Of a stretch of DNA of 64,000 nt, positions 51,056-60,803 are shown one piece after another. This stretch comes from an uncultured Chloroflexia bacterium (GTDB lineage Bacteria; Chloroflexota; Limnocylindria; Limnocylindrales; CSP1-4). Position numbers and translations under genes: made by a program. Each line of letters begins with the position of its first letter. The stretch's first letter is position 1. The notes beneath the pieces were generated by a model. It was given only the letters and a program-made list of their open reading frames with translations, was not told the origin of the DNA and ran no database searches. The DNA lies in contig CAVZXW010000024.1 of assembly GCA_963779375.1 (NCBI GenBank), positions 142,734-206,733 on the forward strand, written 5' to 3'.

Positions 51056-52302
51056 CGGACCGGGCCCCTGCGCCGGATGATCGCGACCGCCGCCAGCCAT
51101 ACCCCGGCCACGATCACCAGCCAGGGAACCAGGTAAAGCCAGGTGCCGGTCTGGCCGCTGCGCTCCATCGTCTGGACGCCGGCCACGCCGGCAAGCGCGA
51201 GGCCGATGCCAACCAGGAGCCGGGGCCAGGAGATCGTCGATGGGAACGTCATGACCCACTCCCGTGCGCTGCCCATGCTGCCCATCCCGAGCGTGTCGTC
51301 GCGCAGGCCGGCCAGGCGGCGCTGCACCACGCCGGCACGCGTGATGAGGTAGTACGACACGTACGCGTACGAGATCCCGCCGATGCAGTCGATGAGCCAG
51401 TGGTCGCCGGTGTACATGACGGAGAAGGCCACGAGCAGCGTGTACGCAAACCCGATCCACCCGATCTTCCCGAAGGCGCGCCGCAGCACCAGGAACGCGA
51501 GGAACGGATAGCCCACGTGGAGCGACGGCCAGGCGGCGAAGCCGTTCGGGTTCACGTCGTAGAACGTGTACGTGTAGATGTAGTCGGCCTTGAAACCGAA
51601 GAAGTTGGCGAGCGTGTCGAACGCGCCGGGCTTGAGGTACGAGATCGCCGCGTGCCCGTTGGGCCCGTTCAGCGCCCCGACCTCCGCGGCGTACCAGGGC
51701 GGGGCGGTGGGGATCAGCACGAACGTCACGAAGCCCCAGAGGCTGAGCAGGATGAGCGCCGCCACGAAGTCGTAGTAGTGCGCGCGCCGCCAGACCCAGA
51801 GGATGAACCCGGTCACGAGCGGCAGCGCGAAGTGCAGCATGTAGACGACGGTGGCGATCTCCGCGATCACGTCGACGCCGGAGGCGGGATGCAGGGCATC
51901 CTGCAGCACCTGCGAGGGAATGTGGCCGAACGATGCGAGCCGCTCGGCCGTGACCATGTCGGTGATGTGGACCGGAAGTCCGACGTTGTCGGCGAGGCCG
52001 CGCATGAGCTCGTAGGCCAGGAAGAGCACGACGAAGGGAAGCCAGTCCCGCAGGAACAGGCGGCCCCTGCCGAGGATGACGGCGCCCAGCCCGAACGCGA
52101 CCGCCATGACATCGGGCGTGATCTCGATGCCGCGCAGGAACATGAGCAGGACGACGAGGGCGCTGTACCCGACGACGCCCGCCATCATCAGGCGTTCGTT
52201 ACGCCTCCCGAGGGCGTGGACCGCAGACGGCGCGGCCGGCTCAACCGATGCGGACCCGGCGGATGGCGCGCCGGCGTTGTCACGCGTGTCTCCCGGCGTC
52301 AC
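51052..52302 (-). CDS. PAP2-superfamily membrane enzyme (AUR1/IPT1-like)
   Basis: PTAPPWY, NGFAAWPSLHVG, MYTGDHWLID; multiple TM helices. Confidence 0.85.
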   Translation of the reverse strand: MTPGDTRDNAGAPSAGSASVEPAAPSAVHALGRRNERLMMAGVVGYSALVVLLMFLRGIEITPDVMAVAFGLGAVILGRGRLFLRDWLPFVVLFLAYELMRGLADNVGLPVHITDMVTAERLASFGHIPSQVLQDALHPASGVDVIAEIATVVYMLHFALPLVTGFILWVWRRAHYYDFVAALILLSLWGFVTFVLIPTAPPWYAAEVGALNGPNGHAAISYLKPGAFDTLANFFGFKADYIYTYTFYDVNPNGFAAWPSLHVGYPFLAFLVLRRAFGKIGWIGFAYTLLVAFSVMYTGDHWLIDCIGGISYAYVSYYLITRAGVVQRRLAGLRDDTLGMGSMGSAREWVMTFPSTISWPRLLVGIGLALAGVAGVQTMERSGQTGTWLYLVPWLVIVAGVWLAAVAIIRRRGPVR

Positions 52303-52482
52303 GGTGTAGGAACGTCCGTCATCTGGACCCCGAGCTGCTCGGCGGCGAGCTGCGGCGGCAGACCGGCCGCCGGCGGGTGCACAGGCGCCGCCCGGCGGAT
52401 TATGGCAAGGATCGCCGCGGGGCGTGATGCGACGAGACGGGCCGCCGTTGCGCGCAGCAGCGGCCCGTGCGCGGCGTGGGCG

Positions 52483-53181
52483 TCACCCGAGCCGGCGCCG
52501 CTCGCGGTCGAGGTGTGATTCGAGGTCCGGGGCCGCCACCGGGGCAGGCACGCCGCTCAACGGTCCGAACGGAATCGCGGAGGCGTCGGGCCGCCGGACG
52601 CTCATCAGCCAGCCGGGAACCTGCTCTCCTGCCGCGACCGGCTGCTCGGGCCGTGTCTGCCTGCCTCCGTCCGGGCCCGGTTCCGCCACGGCGGACCGCA
52701 CCGCGGCGGTCCACCGTGCAGCGACATGGGCGGCGCGGGCGGCAGCCACGCCGGCGAGCGATCGTCCCTCGGTCCGGGCGCGCGACGCGACGATGCGTGC
52801 CGCTCGGGTCGCGCCGGCACGTGCTCCCGCCACCCGTGGGCGCGCCGAATCCACGCTGGAGCCCGCCGACGCCCCGGCCATTGCAGCCGTCCGGGTTACT
52901 GCCCGGGCGGCGAGCCGGAGCGCGCCGGAGAGACGACCTGCGATGCGCGGCACCGGAGACAGGGACGGGCGACGCGCCGCGGCCGGCACGCTTCCGGCTG
53001 ACTGCCACGCGTCGCGAGCCCTCACGCGAGTTCCGTGGTAGCGGAGATGCGTGATGCGCCGCGCGTGGTCCACCACGGGATCGTCCGCCCGGGCGTCCCG
53101 GGCCCACGCGATCAGCCCCACCAGGCACACGACCCCTGACAGCACGAGGATCGGTTGGTACGCACCGGTGATGTACTGCAC
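52483..53181 (-). CDS. Hypothetical single-TM, Ala/Arg-rich protein
   Basis: AGGAGG SD before GTG 53181; one TM helix then low-complexity sequence. Confidence 0.4.
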   Translation of the reverse strand: MQYITGAYQPILVLSGVVCLVGLIAWARDARADDPVVDHARRITHLRYHGTRVRARDAWQSAGSVPAAARRPSLSPVPRIAGRLSGALRLAARAVTRTAAMAGASAGSSVDSARPRVAGARAGATRAARIVASRARTEGRSLAGVAAARAAHVAARWTAAVRSAVAEPGPDGGRQTRPEQPVAAGEQVPGWLMSVRRPDASAIPFGPLSGVPAPVAAPDLESHLDRERRRLG

Positions 53182-53422
53182 CTTCTGTCCTCCTGGAGTC
53201 GCCGAACGGGCGGCGCGCTGCCCGCAGGCACGCATCATTCATCCGCGGGCCTTGCGAATGGGACGGCAACTCCCGGGTGCGCGGGCTGCGGCCACGTATC
53301 GACGTGGTGGCAGTGGCAGCTGGACTCAACCGAATGGCCACCGGCTGGACCTACCGCTCGCCCCGCCAGCGGTGGCATGATCACGGAGTTCAGGGTTCTG
53401 GAGCCAGCCTGTGTCGCAGTCG

Positions 53423-54499
53423 ATGGACGAGATCTCGCTGGGCGTCCCCCCGTCCTCGGACGTCCTGCTCGACGTGCGCGACCTGCGCACGCACTTCAAG
53501 GTCATGGACGGCACCGTGCCCGCCGTGGACGGGGTGAGCTTCCAGGTGCGCCGTGGCGAGACGCTCGGCGTGGTGGGGGAATCGGGCTGCGGCAAGAGCG
53601 TCACCGCGCTCACCATCATGCGCCTCATCGAGATCCCGCCGGGCCAGATCGTGGGCGGCGAGATCTGGTTCGACGGGCGCGACGTCTTGCGCCTCTCCAA
53701 CGAGGAGATGCTCGACGTGCGCGGGGCCGAGATGGCCATGATCTTCCAGGAGCCCATGACGTCGCTCAACCCGGTGCTGACGGTGGGCGACCAGATCGCC
53801 GAGGCCGTGGTGGCCCACAAGAAGGTGAGCCACGCGGCGGCCCGCGAGCGGGCCATCGAGATGCTCCGCCTGGTGGGCATCCCCGAGGCGCAGCGCCGCG
53901 TGCGCCAGTACCCCCACGAGCTGTCCGGCGGCATGCGCCAGCGCGTCATGATCGCCCTGGCCCTCTCCTGCGATCCCAAGCTCCTCATCGCCGACGAGCC
54001 CACCACCGCGCTCGACGTGACGATCCAGGCCCAGATACTGGAGCTCATCCGCCACGTGCAGCAGGAGACCGGCACGGCGCTCCTGCTCATCACCCACGAC
54101 CTGGGCGTGGTGGCCGAGACCGTGCAGCGCCTGGTCGTCATGTACGCCGGCAAGGTCGTCGAGACGGGCACGGTCGAGGAGGTGCTGCGCGCCCCGCAGC
54201 ATCCCTACACCGAGGGCCTCCTCGCCTCCATCCCCTCCAAGACCATGCGCGGCAGCCGCCTCAACGTCATCAAGGGCAGCGTGCCCAACCCCTTCCGCAT
54301 GCCCGTGGGCTGCCGCTTCCATCCCCGCTGCCCCTACGCCTTCGCGCCCTGCCCCGACCACGAGCCCCCGCTCGACGCGCAGGGCCATCCCGAGCGCAGG
54401 GTGGCCTGCTGGCTGCATACGAATTCGATCGTGCCGGCCGCGCGCGCGCCGCGGCACGCGGACCCGGCCCCGGTCCTGGAGCGGGTCCGGACGTCCTGA
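53423..54499 (+). CDS. Oligopeptide/dipeptide ABC ATP-binding protein (OppD/DppD-like)
   Basis: [40 protein letters not shown]. Confidence 0.92.
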   Translation: MDEISLGVPPSSDVLLDVRDLRTHFKVMDGTVPAVDGVSFQVRRGETLGVVGESGCGKSVTALTIMRLIEIPPGQIVGGEIWFDGRDVLRLSNEEMLDVRGAEMAMIFQEPMTSLNPVLTVGDQIAEAVVAHKKVSHAAARERAIEMLRLVGIPEAQRRVRQYPHELSGGMRQRVMIALALSCDPKLLIADEPTTALDVTIQAQILELIRHVQQETGTALLLITHDLGVVAETVQRLVVMYAGKVVETGTVEEVLRAPQHPYTEGLLASIPSKTMRGSRLNVIKGSVPNPFRMPVGCRFHPRCPYAFAPCPDHEPPLDAQGHPERRVACWLHTNSIVPAARAPRHADPAPVLERVRTS

Positions 54500-54618
54500 G
54501 GGTCGGTCGACCCCCGCGGCACCGGCGGGGCCGTCGTGTCGCACCACCGGGTGGGAGACACGGCTGGTGCGTGCCGCAAGCCGGGCGCTCCTCCACTCGT
54601 ACCGCGGGAGATGGGAGA

Positions 54619-54664
54619 TCTCACATCTTCGCCCAAGGCGTGTCACATGGCACGGCCCTAGCGT
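54619..54664 (+). promoter_or_regulatory. Candidate OmpR/PhoB-type direct repeats and -10
   Basis: TCTCACAT and TGTCACAT 22 bp apart, followed by TAGCGT at 54659. Confidence 0.45.
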
Positions 54665-54706
54665 CGACTCATCCGGACGAACCGGATTCGAACGAGGTCC
54701 CGCCCC

Positions 54707-55045
54707 ATGAACGCCTCCATCCACCGCGTCGGGCTCGCCGTCGCCGCGCTGGCCGTCGTCGTGACGCTGGCCGGCTTCTTCGCGGTCGACGGCTACCTTT
54801 CGGCCCGCGGATCGGTGTCGCAGCAGGTCTCCCCCGCGGTCGCGATGACCGCCCCGCCGTCCTCCTCGGCGTCCCTTCCGCCCGAGGTGGTCTACGTGCG
54901 GCCGGCCCCGTCGCCCAGGGTCATCCACATCACGCAGACTGCCCCGCCGGCACCGCCCAAGGTGGTCCACGTCACCGTGCCGACCGCCGGCGGCGAGGGC
55001 ACCGATGGCGAAGGCGGCGGCGAGCACGACGGCGGTGGTGACTGA
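54707..55045 (+). CDS. Small membrane-tethered Pro-rich protein with acidic Gly/His tail
   Basis: N-terminal TM helix, VVYVRPAP, tail GGEGTDGEGGGEHDGGGD; TGATG coupling to the next gene. Confidence 0.7.
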   Translation: MNASIHRVGLAVAALAVVVTLAGFFAVDGYLSARGSVSQQVSPAVAMTAPPSSSASLPPEVVYVRPAPSPRVIHITQTAPPAPPKVVHVTVPTAGGEGTDGEGGGEHDGGGD

Positions 55046-55507
55046 TGTCCCGCCCGCTCGATCACGAGGAGCCGGCTGCCGGCCGGCCCGCAGCCGCACG
55101 GCCCGCAGCCGCACGGCCCGCACCCGCACGGCCCGCACCCGCACGGCCCGCCGCCGCACGGCCGGCAGCCGCACGGCCCGACCCCACGCGTCTCCGGTTT
55201 GCGCTCGGCGCCGGAGGCCTGGCGACGTTGTCCGCGCTCGTGACCGCCATCGTGACGCCTGCCACGGGCGCCCCCGCGACTCCGACGGGGCCGGGCGCAG
55301 CGACCGCCACGGGAACGCCAACGACGATCGCCGCCCAGCGTCCGGTCCAGTACGTGCAGCTGGCCCCCGGGCAGACGCCGCCTCCGGGCGCCGACGGTCA
55401 TCGACGCGAAGGCACCGAAGCCCATCACGATCGTGACCCGCGTGCCCGCCCCGGCGCCGCAGACGGTCGTCGTGCGGACGACCCAGTCCGGGAAGCCGAT
55501 CCCGTGA
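55045..55507 (+). CDS. Small membrane-tethered Pro/Thr-rich protein ending VVRTTQSGKPIP; one extra base near 55393
   Basis: Removing one G gives ..PPPGATVIDAKAPKPITIVTRVPAPAPQTVVVRTTQSGKPIP*, whose stop overlaps the apbE GTG (GTGA). Confidence 0.6.
55075..55180 (+). repeat. 15-bp tandem repeat encoding (A/P)ARPA about 7 times
   Basis: GCACGGCCCGCA(G/C)CC units. Confidence 0.9.
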
Positions 55508-56562
55508 TCGCCGTGGACACCCTGGCGAGAACGGCGGAGCCGCGCTCCGCAACGGCCGGGCGAGCGCAGCCCCGCCCCGTCCCGGTGGTGCTCGCGCCGA
55601 TCGCGCCGCTGTCGGTGGCGACCGCCGCGATGGGAGGGCGTCTCACGGTGCACATCGACCCAACGGCCCCCTCCCCCGCCACGGGTTGCTCGAGCAACGA
55701 CATCAGGCCCGGCGAGTCCGAGGAACGGGCGCGCCGCGACGCCGGGCGCGTCCTCGCCCGCGTCGGACGATGGGCCGGCCGCCTGAGCCGGCACCTCCCG
55801 GAATCCGAGCTCTCACTCCTGAACGCCGATCCGCAGCCGGCCGTCCACGTCGGGCCCACGCTCGCGGCGGCATTGCGTTCCGGACTCGGCGCCGCCGAGG
55901 CAAGCGGCGGCCTGGTCGACATCACGCTGCTCGACGCCCGCCTCGCCGCCGAGGGCCTGGTACCGGCGCCTCCCCGGTTCGGGTCCCGTGCCTGGGACAT
56001 CGAACCCGGCCCGGGGCCGGGGGCGACCGTCCGGCGGGAGCCGGGCGTCCACTTCGACCTCGGCGGCGTGGCCAAGGGCTGGCTCGCCGATCGAGCGCTC
56101 GCCCTGCTTCAGGGGTGGTCGAGCGTCGTGGTGGATGCAGACGGCGATCTCGCGATCCGTGCCGCTCCCGGGAGTCGCTGGGCAGTCGCCGTCGACGACC
56201 CCAGGGCCGAGGGCGCGTCTCTGGCGATCCTGGCCCTCTCCGCATCCCGGGATGGCTGGGGCGAGCGCTGGGGCGTGGCCACGTCGGGCACGTCGATCCA
56301 TCGCTGGCAGCGGGACGGCGTCGCGAGCCATCACCTCATCGACCCGCGGACCGGGGCACCGGCCATCACGGACGTCGTCCAGGCCACGGTGATCTGCGCA
56401 TCGGCGCTGCGCGCGGAGGCCCTGGCGAAGACGGCCGTGATCCTCGGATCCGTGAACGGGCTGGCCATGCTCGAGCGCGTCGGGGTTCGGGGAGCAATCG
56501 TGCTGACCGATCGGGGGGACGTCCTCGCCTTGCCGTCCACACTGTCGCTTCTGGCCGACTGA
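55504..56562 (+). CDS. apbE: FAD:protein FMN transferase
   Basis: AMG, LSRH..SELS.LN, DLGGVAKG, ADGD, VATSG, HHLIDPRTG, AEALAK. Confidence 0.9.
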   Translation: MIAVDTLARTAEPRSATAGRAQPRPVPVVLAPIAPLSVATAAMGGRLTVHIDPTAPSPATGCSSNDIRPGESEERARRDAGRVLARVGRWAGRLSRHLPESELSLLNADPQPAVHVGPTLAAALRSGLGAAEASGGLVDITLLDARLAAEGLVPAPPRFGSRAWDIEPGPGPGATVRREPGVHFDLGGVAKGWLADRALALLQGWSSVVVDADGDLAIRAAPGSRWAVAVDDPRAEGASLAILALSASRDGWGERWGVATSGTSIHRWQRDGVASHHLIDPRTGAPAITDVVQATVICASALRAEALAKTAVILGSVNGLAMLERVGVRGAIVLTDRGDVLALPSTLSLLAD

Positions 56563-56575
56563 TGCGAGCGATCCG

Positions 56576-57511
56576 ATGAGCCAACCGATCGACCTGCCGC
56601 CTCGGCGGGTCCTCGCGCCCGCGGAGCCGGCGGGGGCCGCCGCCGCGACGGCCTTGATACCTGTGCCCTCCGACAGGCCCGCACCGGGGCCACGGTCCGC
56701 GCCCGTGCGGCGGGGACCCACGTACCGCGGGCTTCCGAAGCCCGTCCGCCTGGCGGTCTGGGCCGCTTATGCCGTGGGCATCGGCGTCGCCATCGGGGCC
56801 ACCTTCCCCGTGGCGATGCACCTCGTCGGTGCCGCCGCGGCCCTCGCTCCCGGCAGACTCGCCTGGTATGCGGTCCGCGCGACCGGCTTCCTCGCCTACT
56901 TCGCCGTGGCCGGGTCCGTGATCTACGGCCTGTTGCTGTCGACGAAGCTGCTCGACGCGATCGCCCACCGGCCGGTCAGCTTCGCGCTGCACAAGGACCT
57001 GGCGCTCGTCGGGCTCGCCCTGTCGGGACTGCACGGGATCCTGCTCCTGGCCGATCACACGTTCACGTTCACCCTCGCCGCGATCGCCATCCCGTTCGCC
57101 TCGCCGTACGCGCCGGCCGCCGTCGGCGTCGGACAGCTCGCGTTCTACGTGATCGCGATCGTCACGGGCAGCTTCTACGTCCGCCGCCGCATCGGCCAGC
57201 GAGCGTGGCGGCTCATCCATTACCTCACGTTCGCCGGCTTCCTCGGCGTGACCGCACATGGCATCGGGTCGGGGTCGGACAGCGGCGCGCCATGGGCCGC
57301 CTGGTCCTACCTGGGCCCCATGGCGGCCATCGTCTTCCTGTCCGTCTATCGCCTGGTCGTGAGCATCGCGGGCCGCCGCGACGCCGCGTTCCACCCGGCC
57401 AGCTCGGCCGGTGGGCCACGTGCGTTCGAGCGCACGTCGTCCGCCGTGCCGATCGCGGCCTCTCGAGCCACCACCCCCGGCCTCGCGGCAGAACGGTCCG
57501 CGGAGCCCTGA
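56576..57511 (+). CDS. Ferric-reductase-like / MsrQ-like di-heme b membrane protein
   Basis: WYAVRATG; four intramembrane His (LHKD, LHGI, IHYL, AHGI); WRLIH; GSD. Confidence 0.85.
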   Translation: MSQPIDLPPRRVLAPAEPAGAAAATALIPVPSDRPAPGPRSAPVRRGPTYRGLPKPVRLAVWAAYAVGIGVAIGATFPVAMHLVGAAAALAPGRLAWYAVRATGFLAYFAVAGSVIYGLLLSTKLLDAIAHRPVSFALHKDLALVGLALSGLHGILLLADHTFTFTLAAIAIPFASPYAPAAVGVGQLAFYVIAIVTGSFYVRRRIGQRAWRLIHYLTFAGFLGVTAHGIGSGSDSGAPWAAWSYLGPMAAIVFLSVYRLVVSIAGRRDAAFHPASSAGGPRAFERTSSAVPIAASRATTPGLAAERSAEP

Positions 57512-57526
57512 ACCCTGGAGGACGAC

Positions 57527-57817
57527 ATGTCGTACGTCATCGCCGAGCCGTGCGTCGACCACATGGACCAGTCCTGCGTGGCCGTGTGCCCGGTCGACTG
57601 CATCACCGCCGATCCCGGGATCGACCGCAAGTTCTACATCGACCCCGACGGGTGCATCGACTGCGGGTCATGCGAGCAGGCATGCCCGAACGCCGCCATC
57701 TTCCGGATCGACCAGCTGCCGGCCGAATGGGCGTCCTACGCGGGCATCGATACCGCCTTCTACCGGAGTCCGCAGTCTGCCCGGGAGGGCGTGGACGCCC
57801 TGTGTCCAGCGGCATGA
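57527..57817 (+). CDS. Ferredoxin (7Fe FdxA type)
   Basis: YVIAEPCVD..D.SCVAVCPVDCI and CIDCGSCEQACP; GGAGG SD. Confidence 0.92.
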   Translation: MSYVIAEPCVDHMDQSCVAVCPVDCITADPGIDRKFYIDPDGCIDCGSCEQACPNAAIFRIDQLPAEWASYAGIDTAFYRSPQSAREGVDALCPAA

Positions 57818-58656
57818 CGACGGGGCCCGCACCCCTCGGGTCGCGCGTTGCCTCGACCACGCCCGGGATCGTCGGGCTCACGACGGCGGGACCGAATGCG
57901 ACGCTGGTCCGACGGATCGACCTGACACCGGCCGTCGCGCGCTTCATCGTGAGCCCCGACCAGGGCGTGCCGGCATTCGCACCCGGCCAGTACTTCGCGC
58001 TGGGGCTCACGCTCGATGGCCACGTCGTGCAGCGTCCCTACTCGGCCGCTTCGCCGCCCGGCCCGGGGCGGTACCTGGAGTTCCTGATCCGCCGCGTGCC
58101 CGGGGGCAGGCTCACGCCGGCCCTGTGGGAGCTGGGCGCGGGCGCCCGGCTGCGCCTCGGCAGGCCGAAAGGGCTGTTCGGCCTTGACCCCGGCGAGCGG
58201 CGAACCCACCTGTTCGTGGCGACCGGCACGGGCCTCGCCCCGACGCTGTCGATGCTCGGATCGCTCCGGGCGTCCGTGGGTCCGGGGATGTCGACGTCCT
58301 GGCGCGCCGTGGTCGTCCACGGAACATCGTCGGTCTCCGAACTCGCGTACCGGGACCGGCTCGAGCGCTGGGCGAGGGCTGACCCGCGAGTGGCCTATGT
58401 GCCGGTCGTCTCACAGCCCGGTCTCCCGGACAATGCGTCCTGGAACGGGGCAACCGGTCGGGTGGACGGGCTGGTTGGCGCGATCTGCGATCGGTACGGG
58501 CTCGATGCGGGCGGCACGGTCGCCTACGTGTGCGGCAACCCGGACGCCATCGCATCCGTGACCCGCGCGCTCGCGGCTCGCGGCTTCCCGCCCGGTGCGA
58601 TCGTGACCGAGCAGTACTGGACGGCATCCGGACCGCAGCCGACACGATCCGCATGA
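57814..58656 (+). CDS. Ferredoxin-NADP+ reductase family flavoprotein
   Basis: FAPGQY, RPYS, GRLT, ATGTGLAP, YVCGNP, EQYW. Confidence 0.9.
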   Translation: MTTGPAPLGSRVASTTPGIVGLTTAGPNATLVRRIDLTPAVARFIVSPDQGVPAFAPGQYFALGLTLDGHVVQRPYSAASPPGPGRYLEFLIRRVPGGRLTPALWELGAGARLRLGRPKGLFGLDPGERRTHLFVATGTGLAPTLSMLGSLRASVGPGMSTSWRAVVVHGTSSVSELAYRDRLERWARADPRVAYVPVVSQPGLPDNASWNGATGRVDGLVGAICDRYGLDAGGTVAYVCGNPDAIASVTRALAARGFPPGAIVTEQYWTASGPQPTRSA

Positions 58657-58738
58657 GCGGGGACCGGATCCGCCCGTGCCGGTTGCCGGGGCCATACGGA
58701 CGTTGACGCGGAGCCGGATCGTCCCAAGCATTGCGCAG

Positions 58739-59413
58739 ATGCGAGTGCTGGTCGTCGAGGACGAGATCCGGATGGGCGAGCTCATCCGGCGCGTGCTCCT
58801 CGCGGAGCGGTACGCGGTCGACCTCGCCGAGGACGGTGTCGGGGCACTGGCCCTGGCGCGGGAGGGCGGTTACGACGCGATCGTGCTGGACCGCATGCTG
58901 CCGGACCTCGACGGCACGGAGGTGCTCCAGGTGCTGCGGGCGCGGGGCGACCGCACGCCCGTGCTGATGCTGACGGCGCTGGGATCCGTGGAGCAGCGCG
59001 TCGCGGGTCTCGACGCCGGCGCCGATGACTACCTGTCCAAGCCCTTCGCGTTCTCGGAACTGCTGGCTCGCCTGCGCGCACTCGGCCGCCGGCCCGTGCC
59101 GGGCGTGCAGGAACGGCTCGTCGCGGGCGACATCGAACTGGACGAGCAGCGGCACGTGGTGCGCGTGGCGGGCTCGACCGTGGAGCTGACGGCCCGCGAG
59201 TTCGCGCTGCTCGCGTTCCTGATCCGGAACGCGGGGCGCGTCCTCAGCCGGAGGCAGATCCTGGACGCGGTCTGGGGAGCGGAGCCGGACGTGTATTCGA
59301 ACGTGGTCGACCTGTACGTCTCGTACCTGCGGCGGAAGCTGGCGACACTGGGGCGGGAGGAACGCCTGCGCACGGTGCGGGGCGTGGGATACACGCTGGA
59401 CGGGACGGACTGA
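58739..59413 (+). CDS. OmpR-family response regulator
   Basis: VVEDE, LDRMLP, GADDYLSKPF, LTAREF, TVRGVGY. Confidence 0.93.
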   Translation: MRVLVVEDEIRMGELIRRVLLAERYAVDLAEDGVGALALAREGGYDAIVLDRMLPDLDGTEVLQVLRARGDRTPVLMLTALGSVEQRVAGLDAGADDYLSKPFAFSELLARLRALGRRPVPGVQERLVAGDIELDEQRHVVRVAGSTVELTAREFALLAFLIRNAGRVLSRRQILDAVWGAEPDVYSNVVDLYVSYLRRKLATLGREERLRTVRGVGYTLDGTD

Positions 59414-59417
59414 CGGA

Positions 59418-60716
59418 GTGACCGATCCGACCGAGCGGGTGATCGCGGCAACCCGGCGACGGCTCGCCCTCCTCACGCTCGGCCTCCTCACCGCGCTGCT
59501 CATCGCGATGGGGATCGCCACGACGGTCGTGGCGATGGCGCAGCTCGACGGCGCCACGGATTCGGCGCTGCGGGCGTCGGCCCAGGGCGTGCTCTCCTCG
59601 CTGGAAGGGCATCTTCCCGGCGCGACCGCGGGCGAGAGCGAGGCGGAGACGGCAGACGAGCCTGTCGGATCGGCGGACACGTTCGCGCTCGTCCTGGATC
59701 CGTCGGGGAACGTCGTCCAGAACCCGCGCAATGTCCACCTGTCCGGCCTGCCCGACCGGTCGGCACTGGCGGCGGCGATGGCGGGCGGCTCGGACCTCCG
59801 GACGACGACCGCGGGCGGGGTGCCCGTGCGTCTGCTCACGCTGGCGATCCGCCCGTCCGACGGAACCAGACCTGTCGGCGCGGTCCAGGCCGGGCTCGTC
59901 CTCACGCTGCACGACCAGCAGGCATCGGACCTGGTGCGGACGATCGCCCTGGTGGGACTGGGCGGACTGGCGGCCGCGGCGCTGCTCGCGCTCCTGCTCA
60001 CGGGCCGCGCCCTCGTTCCGATCCGGGCAGCGTTCGCCACCGAACGGCGGTTCGTGGCCGCCGCGTCCCACGAACTGCGCACCCCCGCGGCGATCATCCA
60101 CGCATCCGCGGAGGTGCTCCAGCGCGAGAACCTCGTCAGGGAGGACGGCTCCTCGCTCGTTTCCGGCATCGTCGCGGAAGCCGATCGCCTGGGCCGGCTG
60201 GTCGCGGGCCTGCTCGCCCTCTCGGCATCTCGTGCGGACCCGGACGCCGTCCACGTGGAGCCGCTCGACCTGGGTGCTCTCGCAGCCGACGCCGGCGCGC
60301 GGACCGGGGCCCTGGCCGCCGAGCGGGGATGCGCGATCGCGGTGACGCCCGATCCGGTTCCGGTCCTCCCGGTCCTGGGTGATCCGGACCGGCTGCTCCA
60401 GGTGCTGCTGGTGCTGCTCGACAACGCCACCCGCCACTCGCCCGCGGGGGCCGACGTGACGCTCGACATGGGCCGCCGCGATGGACGTGCGTGGGTATCC
60501 GTCGCCGACCGGGGCCCGGGCGTTCCCGCGGCCGACAGGGAGCGGATATTCGAGCCCTTCGCTCGTGCCGTGGGGGCGCGCGGGCGCCGGCCCGAGGGCA
60601 CCGGGCTCGGGCTGGCCGTGGCCCGGACGCTGGTCGAGCGACACCACGGGTCCATCGAGGTCGAGGATCGGCCCGGCGGAGGGGCCGCGTTCACGGTATC
60701 CCTGCCGCTGCGCTGA
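59418..60716 (+). CDS. Sensor histidine kinase (2 TM)
   Basis: ASHELRTP, LLDNA, DRGPG, GTGLGL. Confidence 0.92.
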   Translation: MTDPTERVIAATRRRLALLTLGLLTALLIAMGIATTVVAMAQLDGATDSALRASAQGVLSSLEGHLPGATAGESEAETADEPVGSADTFALVLDPSGNVVQNPRNVHLSGLPDRSALAAAMAGGSDLRTTTAGGVPVRLLTLAIRPSDGTRPVGAVQAGLVLTLHDQQASDLVRTIALVGLGGLAAAALLALLLTGRALVPIRAAFATERRFVAAASHELRTPAAIIHASAEVLQRENLVREDGSSLVSGIVAEADRLGRLVAGLLALSASRADPDAVHVEPLDLGALAADAGARTGALAAERGCAIAVTPDPVPVLPVLGDPDRLLQVLLVLLDNATRHSPAGADVTLDMGRRDGRAWVSVADRGPGVPAADRERIFEPFARAVGARGRRPEGTGLGLAVARTLVERHHGSIEVEDRPGGGAAFTVSLPLR

Positions 60717-60803
60717 TCGTGGCCAGCGCCCCGACCGTGGCGCCATGCGGCCGATCGTGTGGCGCGAGGGCCCGTGTCCCGCCGGCGCTCCGGCAGGGGC
60801 GGC

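Noticed and set aside
53225-53280. Resemblance to a c-di-GMP-I riboswitch (CATTC...GAATGGGACG)
   Set aside because: Lacks the GGCAAA, GNRA loop and GCAAAG elements.
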